DNA of 63,294 bases, the filler included, from Folioceros fuciformis (lineage: Eukaryota): assembly GCA_049999805.1 (NCBI GenBank). It is 9 parts of 9 records of this genome, joined end to end, with 100 filler letters (N's around TTAATTAATTAA, not from the genome) between each part and the next. Parts side by side here need not be neighbours in the genome. Positions count along the whole stretch, not along the records: positions 16,255 to 24,706 come from JBNGIO010005779.1; positions 24,807 to 27,083 come from JBNGIO010005781.1; positions 27,184 to 29,504 come from JBNGIO010005782.1; 6 more parts are not named here. One strand, written 5' to 3'. How positions within the stretch are numbered: the stretch's first letter is position 1; every line of letters begins with the position of its first letter. Under the pieces are notes generated by a model that saw only the letters and a list, made by a program, of their open reading frames with translations, made no database searches and was not told the DNA's origin. The position numbers and the translations under genes are program-made. Below are positions 16,467 to 29,099 of this stretch, piece after piece.

Positions 16467-19400
16467 TAAAGGAAATTATGTTAGTTTAGGTTAGTAGTTT
16501 CATAATCAGTTATNNNNNNNNNNNNNNNNNNNNNNNNNNNNNNNNNNNNNNNNNNNNNNNNNNNNNNNNNNNNNNNNNNNNNNNNNNNNNNNNNNNNNNN
16601 NNNNNNNNNNNNNTAGAAACATGGCTTTCATGCCTATTTTATTAATTTTATGAAGTGTGGCGAATCGCGAGGAGGTAGATGGCTACTTCGGCCTGAAGGC
16701 TCAACCCGAAACTGTACAGGGGATGGAGAAGGCAGCCTGCAACGATAATTCCAGTCCGCGGCGTGCGATCTCAGCATTTCGTCTTGTGATTTCCCATCGG
16801 CATGCTGCGGCCTGAAGCGCGTACAACAAAAGGAGGGCTTCGCATGGCAATTTGAAGCCGGGCAGTGGGAGCAGATGACAGCCCCATGGCCGCACGCGCC
16901 CTGAATCAAATCGTCCACTAGGAACGCCTAGCATGCAATCCGGTTGGCGCTCTCAGAGGCATAGTTTGTAGTTGGGAGCACCCACAGGCTCTTTGGATGT
17001 GAAGATTTCTGTGGGTAGACGATGGTGATGGGATGGAGATCGCAGCACCAAAGCGCGCCATACCCTGATCCAGATTTCCAGCAACCTATTGCCGCGATGC
17101 ATTTTTCTGGTTTGGCAGGGTACATGGATTGCGGCATTTCGTGGCCCGGTGTGAAGTTCTTGGCAGGAGCGTCATAGATGTTTGAGATCCGATTACAAAT
17201 TCTGAGGCGCTCACGGTCTGAGGATTCAGGACATTATAACGCTGATTTGCAGCCGCGCATGGGAAGGAGATGGCAGCCCCATCGCGGCGCTGCCGGCACC
17301 ACTGCGGCCATGACCAGTTTTGATTTTCACCACTTCGGAGTGTTTACAACCAGTTTTTGTAGCCGGGCAGTGGATGGATGCGCCTCGCGGCCGGTGTCAC
17401 ATGCTGGGCAGGAGTGCCTTCGATTTTCGTGCTTCATCACGATTGCTTGGAGCCATGGCCTGCGGCGTGTGAAAGACACAGCAAGTTGTCAATGTTGCTA
17501 TAATTGATGATGCTGAGACGCGGATGAAGATGCCTAGGCGTAGGACATCTTCTTGTGCGCAGTGGAGGAGAGTTCACCCTCAAGCCTCACCACCATCACC
17601 GTCACCCAGATCAGATCGTGGTTTCTTTTGTTTTAGATTGCAAGTTGAAGGCGTCTTGTGACAGAACCTCTCAACAACATTTTATCCATGATTTACAAGA
17701 TTTTCTTTCCAGTCTCCTAGCGGGAATTCAGCAATTATTTTTGTTGTCTACTCCATTTGAAGAGGAAAAGCGTGTGCATTTGGCTAGGACTTTTCCAACG
17801 GGACGCTCACGCGTGCCCCGTCCTTAACATTTGAAGTTTGGACATGCAGCCAGGTTCGCCATCATCAGGGTCTGACGNNNNNNNNNNNNNNNNNNNNNNN
17901 NNNNNNNNNNNNNNNNNNNNNNNNNNNNNNNNNNNNNNNNNNNNNNNNNNNNNNNNNNNNNNNNNNNNNNNNNNNNNACATGCAGCCAGGTTCGCCATCA
18001 TCAGGGTCCGACGGATCAAATGAATTCGAAGATTTGGACCTTGGCAGATTGAATTTGCCGGAGGATGCAGCTTCACCTGTTGTCGATCCCACAACTGGTA
18101 TTGATGAACAGCAAGTTACATCTCCCTCTTTTGACTATTTGAGAAGTTTTTGGGGCAACCCCCCTCAGCCTAGGTCAGGCTTAGGTAGTATTCCTTCTCC
18201 TACAGCAGGCAACCCTGCTAGTTCTGCAAGCACCCTTGCAGGTACGGCAGGCAACCCTGCTAGTTCTGCAAGCACCCTTGCAGGTACGGCAGGCAACCCT
18301 GCTGCTGGAGTTGGAGTTTCTACTGGTCAAGCTGCAAATTTTGCACAAGCTATGGCGATCACTCCAGGTTCCTTGAAGATTGAATTCAAGGATAGGGATC
18401 GCTTTAATGGTAATGATTACCACATCTGGGCGATGAGGCTGACCCAGATTTTGGAGGAGCATGAGCTCATGTCCGTTGTGGACGGGACAGAACCAAAACC
18501 AGCAACACATGCCAACAATGCAAATGCTGCTGATATTTTTGCATGGCAAAGGAAGGACAGGCGAGCCCGATCCATCCTTTTGGCATCCCTTGACAGGAAC
18601 ATGATGCCGCACACTATGGATGCTGACACTTCAGCAGCAGTTTGGAACAACTTCAAACTCATCTATAGAGACAAGAGTTCTGTTTCCCTTGTTTTAGCGC
18701 ATCGGGATTTTTTCAATATTCGCATGAAGGATAATGAGACTGTTGAGTCTTATATCAATAAATTTCGCATAGCTCGTGCGACTCTTGCATATTGCGGGAC
18801 TACCTTCACTGAGTTTCAAGCTGCTGTTTCCTTTCTAGCATCCCTGCCTGATAGTTATTCTCAGTTTATCAGTTCTCAGAATGCAACTCTTCAAGCAGCT
18901 GGACCTGGCGCCAATGTGACGTTGGAGCAGATATTTGGAGCTTTGATTGCTGAAGAACGCCGTAGGAGCCTTCACAAGTCAAAGCCTACCATGCAGCAAG
19001 GTAGCAGAGTTTTGTTTGCTTCTAGAGGACGCGGAGGCAATCATGGCAGAGGACGTTGGGGCTCAACACGAGGAAGAGCTTCAACCTCTCGACAGCCCAA
19101 CCTTCAAAGGCATACTTTTACTTGCAATTGGTGCAAGATACCAGGTCATTTTGAGAAGGACTGTAGGAAGAAAAGGGCTGGTGAGCCCCGGAAGGAAAGT
19201 TCAAGTTCCGTTCCAGCTTCTAATGTAGCCACGTCCAAAGGTCTGCCCAAACCACCCGCCATCTTAGCAGTTTGCTTATCTTCTATCCAGATCCAGAATG
19301 ACATGTGGTTCCTCGACTCTGGGGCAACTAGCCACATTTGTTTTGATAGGAATGCTTTCACTGTTTTTGATGTTAACCCAGCTCATCACTAGTTTGTTCT

Positions 19401-22400
19401 TTTGGGTGATGACAGTGGTTTATCCATTAAGGGTATAGGATCAGTAAAGATACAGCTTCCTAGTAGTTCCTCTCTTACAATCTCAGGTGTGTTGTTTGTC
19501 CCATCCATGACCAAGAATCTCATGTCAGTTATGAAGCTCATGGAGGAGCACTCTTGTAGAGTTTGTTTTGACAATACAGGTTGTTCAGTCATTAGCAATA
19601 GCATTGGAACTGACCTTTTCACAGGGACACCTTTCCATGATTTGTATCTTTTGAATGTGAGAACTTTGTATCATCCACATGCTACTGCTAACGTTACCCA
19701 AGCTTCTGGTCTCTCTCCTACTCAGCTTTGGCATTGCTGATTAGGGCATGTGAATTTTAATAGGCTTTCCACTTTAGTCAATAACTCAATTTTTAGAGAT
19801 CTTTTGTCTTTCTCTTTTGATAATAGAGCTTTTTGTGACTCCTGTCAATTGAGCAAGGCAATTTCACAGCCTTTCAAAGACCAGAACTTGTTAAGAGCTC
19901 CTTGTCTTCTTCACACTGTTCATAGTGACATCTGTGGCCCCATGTCAACCATGTCATTTGGTGGAGCATCTTATTTTATCACTTTCATTGATGAATGGAG
20001 CCGCTATTCTACAGTGTTTGTTCTTGCCCACAAGAGTGAAGCCCTGTCATGTTTTCAGACGTATTTAGCTGCTGCTCAGCATCAAACAGGCCATCAGCTG
20101 AAGATTTTTAGGACTGACAACGGAGGCGAATATACCAGTAATGCCTTCACCGAATTTTGTGCTGGAGAGGGAGTTCTTCATCAGTTTACAGTTCCTTATA
20201 CTCCAGCTCAAAAGGCTTTTGCTGAACGCAAGAACAGGACACTTCAAGAGGCTACTCTTTCTAGTTTAGCCTTTGCCGGTCTCACTAGGGGATACTAGGC
20301 TGAAGCCCTTATGGCAGCTAATTATGTGCATAATAGGTTGCCTACGAAGGAGCTTGGTTTGGTTACCCCATACGAGCGCTGGACTGGGAAGAAGCCCCGG
20401 ATTACTCATCTACGTATTTTTGGAGCACCAGCATATGCCTTGATCCCTTCTGCACTTCGGAGTAAGCTTGATCCTAAAGCTGTCCGCCATATTTTTATTG
20501 GTTATTCGGACGAGGTAAAGGGATATAAGCTTTTTGATCCAAGTACTAGGCAAGTTTCCATTTCTCGGAGTGTTGTATTTCATGAGAATGCTCTTCTCCG
20601 ACGCCATGATGCTGCTTTGGATCCTACTTCTTTTGATTCTACTGTTTCTATCCATGGAGTGGATGATCTAGCTGATTACAATACAGCTGCTGATGCTGAT
20701 GTTTCTATTTTTGATATTGATGATGTTTCCAGTTCACCTTCCTTGGCTTCAGGGGAGGCTACAACATCTGGTTCACATGCACCTAGTGCTTCTCCAGCAC
20801 CTGACTCTAATCCTGAGCCCACACCTGATCCAATTGAGCCTACACCTGAAACAGTTTTTTCGTAGATCTCGCCGCCATAGACCAACTCGGAAGTTAGTGG
20901 TTTTGCCTAAAGGTCGTAAGCCAATTGCTTGTAAATGGGTATTTAAGAAAAAGCTTAATACTGATGGCAGCATAGGTCGCTATAAAGCAAGGCTAGTTGC
21001 GAAAGGATACAGCTAGGTAGCAGGACTTGATTACAATGAGACTTTTTCTCCAGTTGTAAAGTCTACTTCGATAAGGATTTTGCTGGCTTTATCTGCTCAT
21101 TATGGCCTCTTAGTTCATCAGCTAGATATTAAAACAGCTTTTCTTAATGGTTCTTTGCAAGAAGAAATTTATATGTGCCAGCCCGAAGGCTTTGAAGTTG
21201 ATGAGGACAAAGTTTGCTTGTTGCTGAAGACATTGTATGGCCTCAAGCAGTCTAGCAGAGCATGGAATGAAACCTTTCATGCTTTATTGGTAGAATTGGG
21301 TTTCACTTGTTTGGATGCAGATAATAGTGTATTTCTTATGTGGGAAGGAGACAACTTTCTTATCCTAACCGTTTATGTTGATGATAATTTCTTGCTTAGT
21401 ACATCAGCACAACTAATGGCCAGGATTAAGGGTGTTCTCCTTTCCCGTTTTGAGATGACTGATTTGGGCCAGCTTACTTTCTCACTTGGTGTGCAATTCC
21501 ATTTTTCAGAAGACAGGCACACCATAGAGATTCATCAGGAGCATTTTGTTCGCGAGCTTTTGCAGCGGTTTAACATGGCTGATGCTCGCCCCGTTTCTAC
21601 CCCTATCTCAACAGGTGAAAAACTCTCTAAGGAGCAATGCCCTTCATCACAAGCAGAGAAGGATTTGATGGCAACTCGTCCTTATAGACAAGCAGTGGGT
21701 AGTTTGCTTTATCTTGCTGCTTGGACAGCTTTGATATTTCTAGGGCCGTAAATAGTGTATCTCAATTCTTAGAGAACCCAGGGGAAGCCCATTGGATGGC
21801 AGTTAAAAGGATTTTTAGATACCTCAAGGGGACTTCTAGTTTAGGACTTACCTATACTAAGCAGACTAATGGATTAGTGCTCACTTCATATTGCGACGCC
21901 GACTGGGCTGGCGATCCAGATGGTAGAAGAAGTGTGGCAGCATATTGCAATCTACTTGGTGGGTCAGCCATCTCTTGGTCTAGTAAGAAGCTGTCTACCA
22001 TTTGCCTTTCATCTACTGAAGCAGAGTATGGAGCTTTATCTCAAGCTGCTAGAGAGGTATTATGGATACGCTCATTTTTTAGAGGAATTCAGCAGTTACC
22101 AATAGGGGCTACAACTTTGTGGTGCGATAATCAATCAGCAATTGCACTTTCTAAGAATCCGGTATTTCATGTGAGGTCAAAGCATATTGAAATAACGCAT
22201 CATTTTATTAGACAAGCTGCTGATACAGGCGAGGTTGAGGTTCATTATATTCCAACAGGTGACAATATAGCGGATCTTTTGACCAAGCCACTACCAAAAG
22301 TTTCTCATGGCAAGCACTCCGCAGCAGCAGGTCTCAAGTCCATTACTGCAGTGACCAAAGTTGGTACTGCACACTAAAGTCAAATGTTGATTAGCGCAGT

Positions 22401-22685
22401 GGATGAAGCTGCAATGTTTTGTGCTAATCATGCGCTTTTTAGCAAGGACATCACCCTCTTTTGGAGTTTAAGAGGGAGCTAGTAGTATGTTTGAGATTTA
22501 GTGTTATGTTTTCACTAGCCTAGTTTGCATATTTTATCCTTTATTCTGATTATTTCAACTAAGAGGGAGTAAAGGAAATTATGTTAGTTTAGGTTAGTAG
22601 TTTCATAATCAGTTATAACCACTCTTTTAAAATACTCATATATACTCTTATTCTTTTTTTTTGGTAACAACAATAACTACCTTTG
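16467..22685 (+). mobile_element. Ty1/Copia LTR retrotransposon 2, near full length
   Basis: Direct repeats at 16467-16513 and 22570-22616 (LTRs); PPT AAGAGGGAG at 22561-22569. The gag-pol at 17980-22377 has a CCHC knuckle (CNWCKIPGHFEKDC), WFLDSGAT protease, integrase (HSDICGP, RTDNGGEY), RT (YVDD) and RNase H (YCDADWAG), with a few stops and frameshifts. Confidence 0.95.
18205..18303 (+). repeat. 42-bp in-frame tandem repeat (AGNPASSASTLAGT) in the gag N-terminal extension
   Basis: GCAGGCAACCCTGCTAGTTCTGCAAGCACCCTTGCAGGTACG x~2.4. Confidence 0.95.
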
Positions 22686-22958
22686 CCCCTCATGCCTCGT
22701 GCGCTCTCGCTCCCGTGCTCTCTCCCACAATTCACACAATGCAAAACTTCCTACCCTGGAGGTAGTATGGTAGAAGTCGATCATCTGGCTGTGCATCGCT
22801 CACTTGGGCCTTCACCTTAGTCTCTTGTGTTTGCACGGCATCCATGATGCTACACTCACAAGTGTGGAGCACCCTCCATCACTGGGTACTGCTTTGCCTT
22901 AAGCAGTTTGTAGCCAAGCTAAGCCAAAGTCTAACTAAGTCTAACATTCAAACCTAAG

Positions 22959-23560
22959 CTAGAAGCTACACATACGGTAGCCAATGCCTGGTCGAATGTC
23001 AATGGGATGATGTTGGTCAAGGAGAATGTACCCGCCTGCTCGACCTAACTCAAATCTTAACCTCGATTTTTCTTCATGAATATGCTCCGACAAGACCCTA
23101 TAGATCTGAATGAGCTTTGCTGCCTGTACCGGGCGGCTCCATCCAGCTGAAGCCTCTAGGCAATCCTGCAAAGGCCTATTCGAATGTAAGATCTCCTTCC
23201 AGTTCTTAAACCAATCCCTACCCTCCAAAGCATGAGCAATAATGAGCTCCTCCTGAAGATGTTCCCACAAAGCTCGGAGCGTTGTAAGCCCCTTGCTCTG
23301 TACTAACTTGAGGCGCAGATTGTGCACCTGTTCCTCCAAAACCCTTACCACATGTTCCTCCAGAGCTCGGATGAGTCTGTCTTTCACAGAACCCACAGCA
23401 AGAGTCTGTTGGACAATGCTCTCGAGCTGAGAGATCTGTTCCTCGATAGCTAGGGCTCTGGTCAGATGAGTCTCTTGTCTAAGTTTTTAAACACCTCAAA
23501 CACAAGACCATAGAACATGGAACTTGGGCAGTTCTTGTTGTCTTGAGCCACAGGAGCCAT
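22959..23560 (-). CDS. Uncharacterised intronless coiled-coil protein with an IYxxLSxxIH motif, probably frameshifted
   Basis: The 145-aa ORF extends upstream in frame (LRQETHLTRALAIEEQISQLESIV). With one frameshift in an A-run it reaches an ATG at 23558-23560. Confidence 0.5.
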
Positions 23561-24806
23561 TCTATATATCAAATCAACGTCCTAAGGGATTAGGCCAGGG
23601 AGAGGAGACAGAGGCCTGTACAGCAGAGACCAGCCGTCAGAACCAGCCTCAAGGAGTCCCGGACCCCTAGAAACCAGCGACAAACCTGAACCGAGCTACC
23701 AAAACCTTACCTAAAGCAGAGAGGCGAGCTAAGAGCGGGCACACATACCTGCTTCTCAGCGACGTTCGCAGAGGTAGGTGGGCACGGCGTTGGCAGCGCT
23801 CAAGCTGAAATCCCCACCGATCTATGTCTGTATAGCAGCAGAACCAGGTAGGAGCAGCCCCGGACCCCTAGAACCAATCGAAAGCGGAACCGAGCTACCA
23901 CGACCTTCCCCAAAGTAGAAAGCCGAGTTACCACAACCTTACCCAAAGCAGCAAGGCGAGCTAAATATGGTCTTGGAAATGGTAGGCGCCACTTACGAGC
24001 CATACGATTTCAAATCACCGCCCATGAACCGGCTCACTAGAACCCAACTCGACACGCCATTCATCAAGGACTGTGAGTGATCAGTCGGGGGGACATACAT
24101 ATGTAGATGTTTGAGGCTGTTGTTCCAAAGTAGACCTTCAGTTGTCTCGGATTCCATATCAAGTCTCTTTGGCACTTATCAAGGGGTCAATGCTACTCCT
24201 ATGATCCGCAAAAATCTAAACCATACACAGGGGGGATCCTTTCGGCCTCCATTTGTGCTCTGTGCGGCTCGGTTACAATGAGGCCTCCTTGGTTTCCAAT
24301 GGGAAATGGCACTTTTAGCACCCTTCAGCAGAATTGGTCCTTCATCAGAAACATTATCCCCCACAACTGTCAAGGATTCGGACATGATTAGTTTCTGCTC
24401 CGGGGAAATCATGGCAATTGGAAACAGTCCCATAGTCACATTCCACATCAACAATCCTGCTCTTCACGCAATTCGATAATATTCTTGGTCACCTTATCCA
24501 GCGCTTGCAGCTGCTCCCGATTCCGTTTCCTGCCCCTCATAAGCTCAGCCTCTTCATCCTTCAAGAGCTGCCCAGCCACCTACTGCTGCTGCAATCATAT
24601 CTTTCCTCGCAATACATCCCTTGAGAACCCGGTAGAAAACAAAATCTAGAACATATTCATCATCTTGCACCAGGAGTTCCAAGGCCAGCACAGACTCACA
24701 AACCCGNNNNNNNNNNNNNNNNNNNNNNNNNNNNNNNNNNNNNNNNNNNNTTAATTAATTAANNNNNNNNNNNNNNNNNNNNNNNNNNNNNNNNNNNNNN
24801 NNNNNN

Positions 24807-27083
24807 CCCTCCTCAAGAAGTATCCTATGGACGCAAGTAGTAGGGCTTATTCCCTTGATATCCGCCAATGTCCATCCTATGGCGGTCTTGTGTTGCTTCA
24901 ACATTTCCACCAACTTCTCTTCTTGTGGAGTCGTTAGTGCAGAGGACACAATCACTGGTAAGGTCTCCTTGTCCCCTAAGTAGACATACTTCAAATGGTC
25001 TGGAAGAGGTTTTAGCTCAAGTTCTGGGGCCTGGACCACTGAAGGTAATGTCTTGTTAGTGGATAACTGAATGGACAAAGGAGAAACAGACTTACCTATN
25101 NNNNNNNNNNNNNNNNNNNNNNNNNNNNNNNNNNNNNNNNNNNNNNNNNNNNNNNNNNNNNNNNNNNNNNNNNNNNNNNNNNNNNNNNNNNNNNNNNNNA
25201 CGTTTTCAATGATTTTCTCCTCACAAGTGTCTTTCAACTTGTCCTCTGAGATGGTGACGCCTTCCTTTGTATAGCCTACCCCACTCTCAAGGGTAGTGAC
25301 TAGGGTATCCTCATGCATAACATCAAACATTTTCTGCGCAAGTTCATCCAAAATGTCAGCAGAAAAACAATCATTAACCTCTAGGGGATACCTCATGGCT
25401 TCAAAGATGTTAAAGCCAATAATGTCACCATCGAACTCCATTGTAAGAGAGCCTTCATACACATCAATCTTCGTCCTAGCTGTCCTTAAGAAAGGACGTC
25501 CCAAAAGCAATGGAGTGGAACTTACAGGGGAGTCCTCCATTTCCAATACATAAAAATCAGCTGGGAAGATAAGATGGTTAACCTGTACAAGCACATCCTC
25601 CAACAAACCTCTAGGGTATGCATTGGATCTGTCAGCTAACTGAATGATAACATTGTCAGATTTAAGTTCCCCTAGACCTAGGGTTTCATAAACAGAGTAG
25701 GGCATAACATTAACAGATGCACCTAGGTCTAGCATGGCATTCTTAAATCTAGAGTTACCAATAGTACAAGGAATGGTAAAGCTTCCAGGATCCTTACACT
25801 TTGGAGGGATCTTCCTCTGAATTAGGGCAGAGACATTCTCACTTACCTTTACCACCTCCTTTTCACGGTTTACTCTCCTAGTAGTGCAAAGCTCTTTGAG
25901 GAACTTGGCATACTTAGGGACTTGCTTGATGGCCTCTAGGAGGGGTAGGTTTACTTGCACCTTCTTGAAAGTTTCCAAGATAGCTTGGTCACTTTCATCC
26001 TTCTTAGATTGGGCAAACCTGCGTGGGAAGGGCATGCAAGAAGAAGAAGGGTTAGCAATAACCGAATTTGATAAGTTAGAATTATTACCTTTGATTTCCG
26101 GTTTTGCCTTTAAAGATGAGGATGCCTTGGTCTCTTCCTTTGACGTTGCAGGGTCCTTCTCAATACCCAACTTGGTGGGTTCTTGGTCTTCCTCAATTTC
26201 TATGCTCATTTGGACCTTCTTGGGTTGCTTGGGTGGATCCACAAATGGTCTCCCACTCCTCGTAGTCACAACTGATGCATTCTCCACATTACCCTTAGGG
26301 TTAGGTATTGTGCCACTAGGAAGCTTCCCAGTCTCATGAATCTTGCTCATGAAGTCCACAACTTGGCCCATCTGTTTCTTAAGATCTGCAATATCCTTAG
26401 TGTGGGTCTGTTGTCCTTGAATCAAAGCTTGAGTAGAGTTTGTCAAGGCTTGGGTAGAACTAGTCAAGGCTTCCAACGTTTTGTCATAGTGAGACATTGA
26501 AGGTCCTGAGTTCTGTTGAGGAGGAGGCATGTAGGGCCTTTGAAAAGATGATCCTTGGAATGAAGGCCCTTGAGGACGTTGGAAGTTCCCACCAAGAGGA
26601 TTCTGAACGTTATCATTGTTGGTCCACTTGAAGTTGGGATGGTCCCTCCATCCTGGGTTNNNNNNNNNNNNNNNNNNNNNNNNNNNNNNNNNNNNNNNNN
26701 NNNNNNNNNNNNNNNNNNNNNNNNNNNNNNNNNNNNNNNNNNNNNNNNNNNNNNNNNNNGTTGGGATGGTCCCTCCATCCTGGGTTGTACGTATTGGAGT
26801 AAGGATCATGTCTAGGACGTTGAGGTCCTCCTTGGTATCCTCCTTGATATCCTCCAATAGCATTTGCAGATTCCCATCCTCCATTCTCATTAAGTTGAGG
26901 GCACTGATCTGTAACATGCCCTTGCATAGAGCATACCCCACAAGCTATTGTTGCACTTGGTCCCTTGGAACTTACCACTTGGTTCATGAGTAGAGTAAGC
27001 TTATTCAGTTGGTCCTCAATTGCAGTATTCTTGCTCATCTCATGCACCCTACGAGTAGAGTGTCCTACCCCCTCATATTGTTG
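24807..27083 (-). mobile_element. Ty3/Gypsy Athila-like gag-protease-RT start fragment
   Basis: Stop-free frame with YNPGWRDHPNFKW, VNLPLLEAIKQVPKYAKFLKELCT, KCKDPGSFTIPC, AMLDLGASVN and ELKPLPDHLKYVYLG..AIGWTLADIKGISP. Confidence 0.93.
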
Positions 27084-27183
27084 NNNNNNNNNNNNNNNNN
27101 NNNNNNNNNNNNNNNNNNNNNNNNNNNTTAATTAATTAANNNNNNNNNNNNNNNNNNNNNNNNNNNNNNNNNNNNNNNNNNNN

Positions 27184-28521
27184 GCTTCCGGATATGGGGA
27201 CTTCGGCCGCCTTCTTGGACTTCTTGGATTCCGGGGTGGAGAAGATGAACTCCCCGGTCCCGGTTTCGTCCAGGAACACGCCTGGGAGGGAGACGTCCGA
27301 AAGACGGATCTCCCTTGGATCCTTTGCACGCAGTAGCTCCTCCGTGCTACTGGCGATCCGATCCGCGGCTTCTCGTCCTAACCGCATAAGTCCTTCAATT
27401 CTCTCCGCACAGTCGGAGAGAATGGCGAGCATCCTGGATCCGGAAACTTTCCGTTCCTCCAGGACCTTCGCGTCAAAAAGCTGAGCTTTCGCCACTGCCT
27501 CTCCAGGCGCGCCCAGCGTTTCCTTGATTTGGCCCGCCACGACCATAACTTCCTTGGCGATTGTCCGGGTTGCTGCCGAATCTTCCTTCGCCAGCAGCAG
27601 CTCGGCCTTGGTCCGGTCGAGTTCTTCCGTCAATTTCCGGACTTCCGCTCGTTGCTGCTCCATTTCCCCCGGATCTACTATACATTCTGCCACCTTGGCC
27701 GCCAGGTTCTTATCCGGTCGTACTCCGACCACGTTGGCGACCTCGATGAGGACCTGGTTCTTGCTTTCCAGATCCACCCGGATGTTCATCACTGCGTCGA
27801 GCAGTGGTGTGACCGGATCNNNNNNNNNNNNNNNNNNNNNNNNNNNNNNNNNNNNNNNNNNNNNNNNNNNNNNNNNNNNNNNNNNNNNNNNNNNNNNNNN
27901 NNNNNNNNNNNNNNNNNNNAAGAGGTAGGGACTCAGAGGAGTTGCCCTACTCTTTCCGACCCTACTCACCAGTTGCGAGACCAGATCATGTATGATCCGG
28001 CCCCAGTCAACTTTCCGGTCCCCAGCCAGGGCCCCGAAAATGGTGTTTGCGAGGGTTATAGTAACCCTCGTAGGCTTTTCCGGATGCAGGATGGGGAGCA
28101 AGAACTCCAACAACCTGCGGTTCCGGTTCGTTACGCAATCCTCGATTGCGTAACCATCCTTCGGGTTGACCGGTCCGCGGAATTTTCCGCGAACCCAGTC
28201 ATCCTTCCGGCTTGCCATCCCCAGCCCTCCGGAGCGGAAGCGATAAACTTCCCTCCAGAGCTTTTCCGTCCATTTGGCTGGGTCGGCACGGAGCGATCCG
28301 TTGAAAATGTTGGAGCGGCCTCCGACCAGCTCCCTAACAACTAATTCCTCCTTAAACCCCCAGGGTTTAAGGAGTAGCTCCGCGCAACCCATGGAGTTAA
28401 GATCCTCCAGGAGCGCTCCCCGTTCCTGCTCAGAGTCAGGAATAATAGGGACTACCTTCCGGAGCTTTACTCCGGAAGGTGAGGGAGCGGGTGGTGCTGC
28501 TTTACGCCTCGTTGGCGGCAT
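27184..28521 (-). CDS. Uncharacterised ORF, probably a retroelement accessory (antisense) protein with a C-terminal coiled coil
   Basis: Long ORF (MPPTRRKAA..LLPILHPEKPTRVTITLANTIFGAL..WG..PLSPYL; coiled coil EVRKLTEELDRTKAEL). A second copy has only synonymous changes. Confidence 0.75.
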
Positions 28522-29099
28522 GGAGACTAACCTCTCCGATTCACTCTCTAACCTAGCCGCACGTCCCGTTCCTCACGTCCCTCTCCGATCTCAACCGGAA
28601 TGCAAACACTACACACTGTACACACCTCACAACGACAATCTACGCACGGAAACTTCGCTGAAGCAGCGAAGTCGCGCAGACGCACACTAAACGACAAGGG
28701 AAAAAGAGTTGAGGCGCGGCCAGGTTCTTGCCTTTTATACTCTGGCGACCGTCCGGACAGTTATCATGACCTGTACCGGTCCGGTTTGCGCCGCATCGAA
28801 TTAACTACCCGGTCGTGCCCTAATCCGGATAGGATCCGAGCGCCGCCTGGATCGGAATCATTCCGGATCCGGGCAAACCTCTTACTTTCCGTAAGATCGC
28901 AACTCTGTTCCAATTCTCCTGTGAACCGCTTTCTAATTTCCGGTTATTCATCAATTTATCATCTTAACACAAAAAAAATTGGAATTTTGAGTTGTCACAN
29001 NNNNNNNNNNNNNNNNNNNNNNNNNNNNNNNNNNNNNNNNNNNNNNNNNNNNNNNNNNNNNNNNNNNNNNNNNNNNNNNNNNNNNNNNNNNNNNNNNNN

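Noticed and set aside
17842-18013. Direct repeats flanking N gaps (also ~8760-8870, 12503-12575, 26633-26786 and 46258-46395)
   Set aside because: These are typical unmerged contig-end overlaps and probably assembly artefacts.
19390-21016. Stop codons repaired by U-to-C RNA editing or readthrough
   Set aside because: Such editing is organellar. These are nuclear TEs that also carry TGG>TAG changes and frameshifts.
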